DNA from: Phoronis australis
Lineage: Eukaryota; Animalia; Phoronida
Assembly: GCA_002633005.1 (NCBI GenBank)
Contig: NMRA01000386.1
Span: 147,373-211,372, forward strand
DNA: 64,000 nucleotides
Direction: 5' to 3'
A program made the translations under genes and the position numbers. The notes below the pieces were generated by a model. The model ran no database searches, was not told the origin of the DNA, and saw only the letters and a list, made by a program, of their open reading frames with translations. Positions 1 through 64,000 of this stretch are shown one piece after another (positions within the stretch are counted from its first letter, which is position 1; every line of letters starts with the position of its first letter).

Positions 1-3000
1 ACTGATCACTGGATAAAGAGAAAAAAACAAGATGGCTGAAAAAATGGCCGCCAAAATGGCCGCCAATTCACATAACCCTAATTTAAAGAATTTACGTTCT
101 GCAAACTTTGTTTGTAACCTGACTGTTTCTATGATTTATTTTTCGGATCTAGATACTAAATGTGGAATTTTAATCACATTTTAGATTACATAACGTAAAA
201 TTTGGTGTATTTTTCAGAAAAGACTTCAGTTAAATTTTCATAATAAATTTCACACACTCAATTATTTTTCTGTAAAATACATTCATTTGAGGTATCAAAA
301 ATAATATTTCTTGGAAAAATATTAATTTCTGGTGGAGTTATTGTCTTATTCATTTCACAAACCCTGAATAAGATTGGGCAGGAAGTGGCTTTTTCTCTGC
401 TATTGGAGATATAATTAGATGTTCCCAAGCAATGATTTCGTCTGCTGCTGGCATGTGGTGAGAATTTGACTGTTGATTTCATCTGGATTTGATGAAAAGC
501 AAATAAAATTGGGTAACAAAAAGTTAATAATTAAATTTTAACATTTAGTACTCACAATTTGTTTAGTTTCCATGCTTTTTATGAACATACACTGTAGGTA
601 TCTGATTTTAGAGGAAATTAGTGCCAGCAAACAAAACGACTGCAGTCACTTGTTCTTAGCCAGGCTTGGCAGATTTCATACTGAGATGAGCTTTCTGGGA
701 TGTATTGGATATGTAATATCAGGCACAGGGCTTCTTGAGACGGTGCATGCATCAAACAGTGTAACCCTTATGTCCCACTTCCAAACATTGAAAGACCAAG
801 TAACGCCAATCCAGAACCAATGAAGAAAGAAGTTCCGGTTCTTCAGAAATCCCAAGAGTCCCGAATGTCACCAACACAGAACACACAGATTCCGTTCCAA
901 GAGGGGGAGCAATTCAATACTTGTACACCAACGTTGGCTCGTTTGAATATGGAGGCAGATTCTCCAGACATCCCAACTGATCAAATAACTAAATGTATAC
1001 GCGGGGGCAAGAAATGCACAGCCAATGTCTTCCAATTTTGAACCTCGGATAACAGTGGAATACCCTCACGAGAGTTCACTTCTGGCTTCCGACCTACTGC
1101 CACTGTATATTCAAACACGACTGAATCGGAGTATAGGTCTTCAGAATTCGATGTGACAAATAATAGTTCGTCAGAAGAACCAATGGCCAATGATATACTT
1201 GATGATGATTTGAGAGGTGGTCTGAAGCTGTATGATGATCTTATTGCTGGAATGACGTCAGCGTGCAGCGACGTATGCTCGTCCGAGTCTCTTGAAGGTA
1301 TCCATAGAAAATCGAACCACATAAATTAGACTTGTCCTTGCAAAGTCGAATCATTAGTCTTTGGCTACAGTATATGAAGATGACTGACATCCTTCGACTT
1401 TTTTATAAGCAGAAATAACGTCAGATTGGGAGCTTCACCTAAAAGCAGTTTCTAAAATGCTGCCTTACTTTGCAGCTGCTGGTCACAACTCTTATGCAAA
1501 ATCTGCATACATATACTTGCAGCAGGCGCAGCAACTCAAAGACACCCGTCCAGATGTCATAAGTCAAAGTGACAGATTTTGGGCAGGTTTGTCATATGAT
1601 ATTGTAATTGAACAAACGCTCATGAAAAGTATTATTGCGAAATGGGAAACACGCAAAATGCACCGTGGCTGCTTGCCTTGCCGGCTTGCTCAAGTATAAA
1701 TGGTGCCATGCAGACTGTAACAAACTTGACTTGTGAAACATGTCAGCAGCATAAACAGTGTACCCGGGCAAGACAGTGGCGTGACGACAAAGATATCCGC
1801 AGCCTTGTTGAATTCCTCGACAACAGAAACCCATTTTAAAGAGAAACATTAATAACAGAACATCGCCACTGGTGTGACTGCCGGCACGCGCCTCAATGCC
1901 GAAAATGGCAGAGAAGTAGGGAAGACGATTCGCTTGTCTATGGAGGAGGCAAGTGTGAAAGACTTCACATTCAGAAAGAAAAACAAGGTTGTGGCAATGA
2001 CAAGTCAATCAGTTCATGTTGCTAATTTTACACAACTGGATCCCCGACTGCTACTTCAGCGAATCCTGACAGCTGCAAAAGTCAACATTGAAAGTTCATC
2101 AAGCCTTATGAAGTTTAAGCTGTGTGTTGGTTCCCCTGCTCTTTTTGATATATCTGGTCTTCCCAGAGTCGCTAATAAATCAATATTAGCTGATACAAAC
2201 TGGTCCAGTGGGGGACTACCTGAGGATTTCAGTTTCCAGAAAACACGGTGAGGCATGTAATCGACGGCGGTTCTCTCCTTCACCGTATTCCATGGCCTAG
2301 AGGTGCAACCTTACAGTCTTTTGACAGAGCATATGTGGATTACATCAGCAAATGCACCTAGCACCTGAGTTGGACCATCAACTAAAGACGCCTCCAATGT
2401 TCGAAGACGGGGTGGGATGGTTGGAACAGAAGATCACTTCAATGGTGACATGGTGATCAATTCAAAGACGGAATTTTTTTAGCAAAGAACAAAAACAAAC
2501 AATTATTCATTCACTTCTTGTCAAGTTTGCTAGGAAATGCTGGTTTTACAGTGGTACAAGCTCAAGGTGACGCAGATGTTTTAATTGTACAAACAGCAGT
2601 AGGGAACGCAACTACCCTTATTGCAGACGATACAGATTTGTTGGTTCTTTTGTGTTACTGTGCTACTTCACATTACAATTTCCAGTGTTCACGAAATTTG
2701 ACAAGAGGCACCAAAGCAAGAGGAGAGCCTTGGACATCAAGAAACTACAGTTGTCTCTTGGTGCCGAAACTTGCGCAGTTTTGCCATTTGCGCATGCAAA
2801 GGCTCCCCCATTCAAGAAACTGCGTGATCGAGAATTCTGCGAAAACGCTAGAGTATTTCCTAGACCCATGCAGCTGAAGCAAGACATTTTTGAAGCTGGT
2901 AATTGTTGTGTCTATGCTTTATGGCGGTAATGACTCTGGACATTTGGACGACTTGCGGTACAGGCGATTTGTAGATGAGGTGTCAGACTAGCCCAGTCCA

Positions 3001-4555
3001 AATACAGTCATTACCACCAACTTTCTTCAGTAGCTAAATTCCATTCTGCCGGGACATATTATCAAGAGCAAGAGCTTTCAAGTTTCTTTGGCAGTGGCCA
3101 AGACTCACTCTATTGGGGACAGATGCTGGCAGATGGAAAATTCATTCCCACGACAACGGACCTGTCAGCAGCACCAGAGAACATGCTGAAAGTAGTAATA
3201 TGCTCGTGTAAGACCAACTGCAGTTCCAAGAGATGTTCTTGCAAGAAGTTAGGATTGCTGTGCTCGGTTGCATGTGGAGAATGTCGTGGTTTAAGCTGCA
3301 GCAATTCATTTTCAGTTGACAGAGATTACTTGTGTAAATACTGGTTGATTGTGTATAGATTTTGATCACAGACTGAGAATGACTGCTTCAGACAGACTTG
3401 TAACAAGCACTTATATTATAAACTGTTTAACTTGCTAAACATACCTTACTAAACCTTTCACCTCTCTCAACTGTTGCTGTATTCACTAGCATTTACAACT
3501 AACTGTAGGTAAAACAGACGGTGTGGATAGTAGATCACTAAATTAATCGTACAAAGTTATTTTCGATACAGCACATTTTTTCAAGAGGAGAATGATCCTT
3601 CAGTCCAGGCGAACCTGATGCTTTTCACCCAAATAAAACAATCTTGAAAATGGTAGGCGTAATCCGAGCCAGACAAAAATTATTGTAATGGACGTGCTGA
3701 CCTAAAAAATCAGGATATGAAATCTGAGAAGATGGCTTGTCTCTGGAATCTGAAGTTCTTACATAAAGCAACTATTTGGTGGCCACCTTTGAAAATGGTG
3801 GAAGTAATCTTTAGAGCCAAATGCAATGAGTCTCAATGGATTAGTCGACCCAGAAAACCTATGATGCAATGTTTGAAGCAAGACGACATACTAATCTGTT
3901 CGTGCGAGGTTGTGCGATTCGAAATATTTTTAGAAGCCATCTTGGAAAATGGTGGACGGTATCACCACAACCATGCAAAACTATTTCCAATGAATTTGTT
4001 GACCGACAAAAGATAGGTAAACCTTTTTGAATTTTTACTCTATCAAATTCCACTCTCGAGTTATAATGGTTATCTGCAAATCTGGCGGCCATTTTGTCCG
4101 CCGTCATGGAATTTGTGGAAGTAATCATTAAAGCCAAATTCAATGAGTCTCAATGCATTAGTCGACCCAGAAAACCTATGATGCAATGTTTGAAAAAAGA
4201 CGACACACTCATCTGTTCGTGGAAAGTTTTGCGAGTCGAAGTAGGTTTGGCGGCCATTTTGAAAAATGGTGGACGGTGTCACCACAACCATATAGAACTA
4301 TTTTCAATGGATTTGTTGACCCATGAAAGATAGATAAACCTTTTTGAATTTTTACTCTATCACATGCCAGTCTCGAGTTATAATAGTCATCTGCAATGCT
4401 GGCGGCCATTTTGTCAGCCATCTTGAAAAACCAACTTCCGCTTCTCCGATTCCGGTAGACTTTTTTCTCACACTAAGGGGTGTGAGAGGATACGATTTAT
4501 GCAATAAAACCTTCTGTTGCATTTTTTCCGGGTCATCCGTAGAAAGACTGGACTA
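1..4555 (+). mobile_element. Decayed Academ (AcademX-type) DNA transposon; left end outside the window
   Basis: Frameshifted protein remnants: LGRFHTEMSFLGCIG, MLPYFAAAGHNSYAKSA, SDRFWAGLSYDIVIEQ; XPG/PIN-like VIDGGSLLH, GDADVLIV and DDTDLLVLL; terminal Cys-rich CSCKTNCSSKRCSCKK..CSVACGECRG..C. Right end ...CTGGACTA at 4555. CAAGATGGCTGA..AAAATGGCCGCC occurs at 28-64 and inverted near 4400-4425. Confidence 0.75.
3798..4425 (+). repeat. Two tandem 317-bp subterminal units in the Academ right arm
   Basis: GTGGAAGTAATC...GTCGACCCAGAAAACCTATGATGCAATG at 3798 and again at 4115. Confidence 0.9.
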
Positions 4556-5907
4556 CAGGTGTATGAGTATCTCAGTAAGAAACGTGACGTAAAGTAGAGA
4601 ACTAAGTTGCGCCGGCGCTATTGACCCACCTATTCCCACTATTTGCCTAAAAATTCTCTGCATAAACATCAAAATGGTCCTGGTATTTGCTATTTAAGCA
4701 AGCTTCATATTCTATCACTAGGTGGTGGTGAGATTTTAAAGGAACCTTATTTTTACTCCTATTTTGACTTACAGTAGTGTGCTTGTTTAATGTGACCAAG
4801 GGAGTTTAAATCCAAGTTCTAAAGTGCCTGAGGCAATACGTTTTGTCAACAATGACGCATGAACTATAGATGTCAACAGTTCACCATTTTCACCAAATTT
4901 ACTGGTAAATTATGCAAAAATGTGCAATGAATGAGAAGGACAACGTCAAAATAAAATCGTCAAGTGAAAGTACCCACGAACTTTCTACAGGCCTGGGTCC
5001 GCTGCCGAGAGAGACTACAGTAGGTCTCGTTGCGGGCATACTGCCAACGAAGGTTGTGCCTTGTTCTGGGCCTACTGCCGTGGGAGACTGGGCTTTGTTT
5101 CGAGCACACGGTGTACTCTTGGCTATATACTTTGAAGTGAAGAATATACATGTACGCTCGGGTGTATCAATAACCTAATGTAGCCGGCGCATAAGCACAA
5201 AATTCGCCGGACAATTCCCTCACCAAAATACCGCAAGGAACATTGTTTGTTATAAAAGATGAACGTAGACGTATCGAAACACAACAACATGTTTATACGG
5301 CACATATTTATTTGAGAGACTGGGTTAATTTTGTTGATCCCACTGCGCTGTCAATGCATGATCAGCCTACTGGTAGGAGCTAAGGATTGACAATTTACTA
5401 TACTTGATGTCTTGAAGTTCGTTTCCAATGAAACTGGGAGAAATTTCACTATTCAATCACGTGCGTTTCCCCAAATTTACGGCCTGCGCTTATCTGCAGA
5501 AGAAATCCTCATATAAGTCCACTGGCCGTATCTGAATGTACACCTGTATGCAGAAAAAAGCCAACACCTTAAAATCAGGAAGGAGCTTCAAGCAATCATG
5601 CGTATTCCAGCAATTAATTGCGGTGCTGACTAACCTTCAGAGATAAAACAAAGAACATACAATACGTGCAACACCTAAGCGGGGTTTTGAGCGCTATTGA
5701 AGTGTACACTTTTCTACGAGGTACATTAGTTCTTCCGGGAATTGCTAACTTTGTTGCTATTGGTTCCTGAATGCACTGGGCGTGGTTGCAGTATTTGCAC
5801 AAAGAGCAAGAATTCATGAATCTTTAATACCTTTGATTTTTAGAATGACGTTTTATAAACCTCCCATGACTCCTTTCACGCGTTGTGACACATTTATTCA
5901 GCCCTAC

Positions 5908-62551
<56,644 letters not shown>

Positions 62552-62588
62552 CTTTTGAGATATGGTGCGCTAGGTGTTTTCGGTATGG

Positions 62589-62618
62589 TTAAATATACTT
62601 ACAGCGTGTGTGACGTCA
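62589..62618 (-). promoter_or_regulatory. Putative core promoter: TATA-like TATATTTAA plus palindromic CRE site TGACGTCA
   Basis: TATA-like element at 62597-62589, about 40 nt before the ATG; perfect TGACGTCA at 62611-62618. Confidence 0.45.
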
Positions 62619-64000
62619 ATTCATTTAGGTGGATCAAGCAGTCAATACTGATACGTGCGATTCAGCACAAATTCACCTACAAATGTTTTCCTATAACCCC
62701 ATGTTGTCGTCAAGGTGACCCAATGCCGTCATAGTTATGTAGCATTCCTTCTAATTTCGATTCTGAATATGATAACTACAATTAACGTATTTCGTGGAAG
62801 CAGGACTGTCAAGACACGTGAACTTTGATTTTTGTATTCCAACGGGAACTTAAATGTGCCATGTTCAATAAGTTGATCAGTTACCAAAATTACATTGGAT
62901 ACGCGGAAACTGGGAAAGTTGCTGCTAATATTTGGTAATACACTGCAGGCGGCCATTTTGCTTAGGGCGCTCCACAGCACCTATACTTGGCGGGAGGAAG
63001 CAAGCTATAAGTTTGAAAATGATCGAAGAGCTGGTTGTAAATATTATTTTTCGAAACTTATGAAACACACAGAATAAGAAATAGGTCTGAAACAGCTGAT
63101 CCACTTTTTAAACACAGTGAGCACCTAATCTATGTCCGTGTTGTTTGGGGAGGTTTAGTTTTATATTAATTGATCAAAAACAAGGCACAGCCGGTGAACC
63201 AAATGATAAATAAGTCGAAGCATTTTATTATTCTTTACGTACATGACATCATGGCCACAAGCACGAATACCTGTTTAACGTAGACCGGAAAAATCGGTTT
63301 ATACTAAAGTAGTTGTCAATAGGATTTAAAACCAAATCCTTGTCGCAATAACTCATAACCATTGTTAGATTTTAATTTGGTAGTATAATTTGTCACAACA
63401 ATCTTGTTTAATAGTTTTAAAACCCTTTCCAACTGTACTTTAGAGAACCTACGTGGCCGGAACTGCTCCTAGTACTAAAGCTTCTTGGCATTTTTATAAA
63501 AGTGCAAAATTTGTTTTAAAGTTTGATTTCAATGCAACAACATTAATATCATTTTGAGGAACCAATTTAACTTTGTGGCCTAACCGTCTTATGCTGCATG
63601 TCGTCCTGTTCAGCCGGCTAAAACATAAAAATTTGGCTGTCAACTTTCGTAAATCGGTCTCACAATATTCCTTAGACTGATAAGACTCTACTCCAGATAA
63701 CAAGAATATCGAAATCATCAGCAACTTAAGAAAACGCTTCACAGTTCATTGAAGTTGGTCAATGCTAAAATGGCAAATTCGAAAATGGCGCATGTACATG
63801 TAAATGTACGCATTTCCTGTGACGTGAGTTAATAACGGAAGTAGACCGGGACTTTACCTCGGGAAACCATAAAGATGCATCATTATGCCGCTTTAAGAGA
63901 CTGAAAGGCCTAATTCGATTTGTTTGTTTTATATTCAGTAAGGCGAAATGCAGTTTTAAACCTATTTTAATTTTGTAGTAAATTCATCTAAACAAGCACG

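Noticed and set aside
63494-63742. ORF with a signal-peptide-like start (MKRFLKLLMISIFLLSG)
   Set aside because: It starts at GTG, has no recognisable domain or splice partner, and lies in TE-like sequence.

Overview
AT-rich animal genomic window, probably a marine invertebrate (lophotrochozoan-like; inferred). One host gene spans almost all of it on the minus strand. It is a secreted astacin-family zinc metalloprotease, rebuilt by hand from 18 GT-AG exons (62551 down to 5908): signal peptide, propeptide, astacin domain, EGF, CUB, P/T linker, MAM, MAM. The end of MAM2 was not found in the window, and a 1-bp frameshift lies between the zinc-binding motif and the Met-turn. The introns are packed with decayed, often nested transposons: Academ, several Kolobok (THAP plus KolX/P2X7-ballast-like), ISL2EU, hAT-like MITEs, a foldback element, Gypsy, L1/Tx1, RTE-X-like, CR1-like and a possible DIRS. 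The most notable signals are arrays of CTCF-consensus motifs carried by repeats, strong enrichment of TACATGTA (Tc1/mariner-type excision footprints, one seen as a difference between duplicated copies), mirrored motifs upstream of both Kolobok genes, and a MITE carrying a tRNA-like Pol III promoter. All family assignments come from motif recognition, not database searches.
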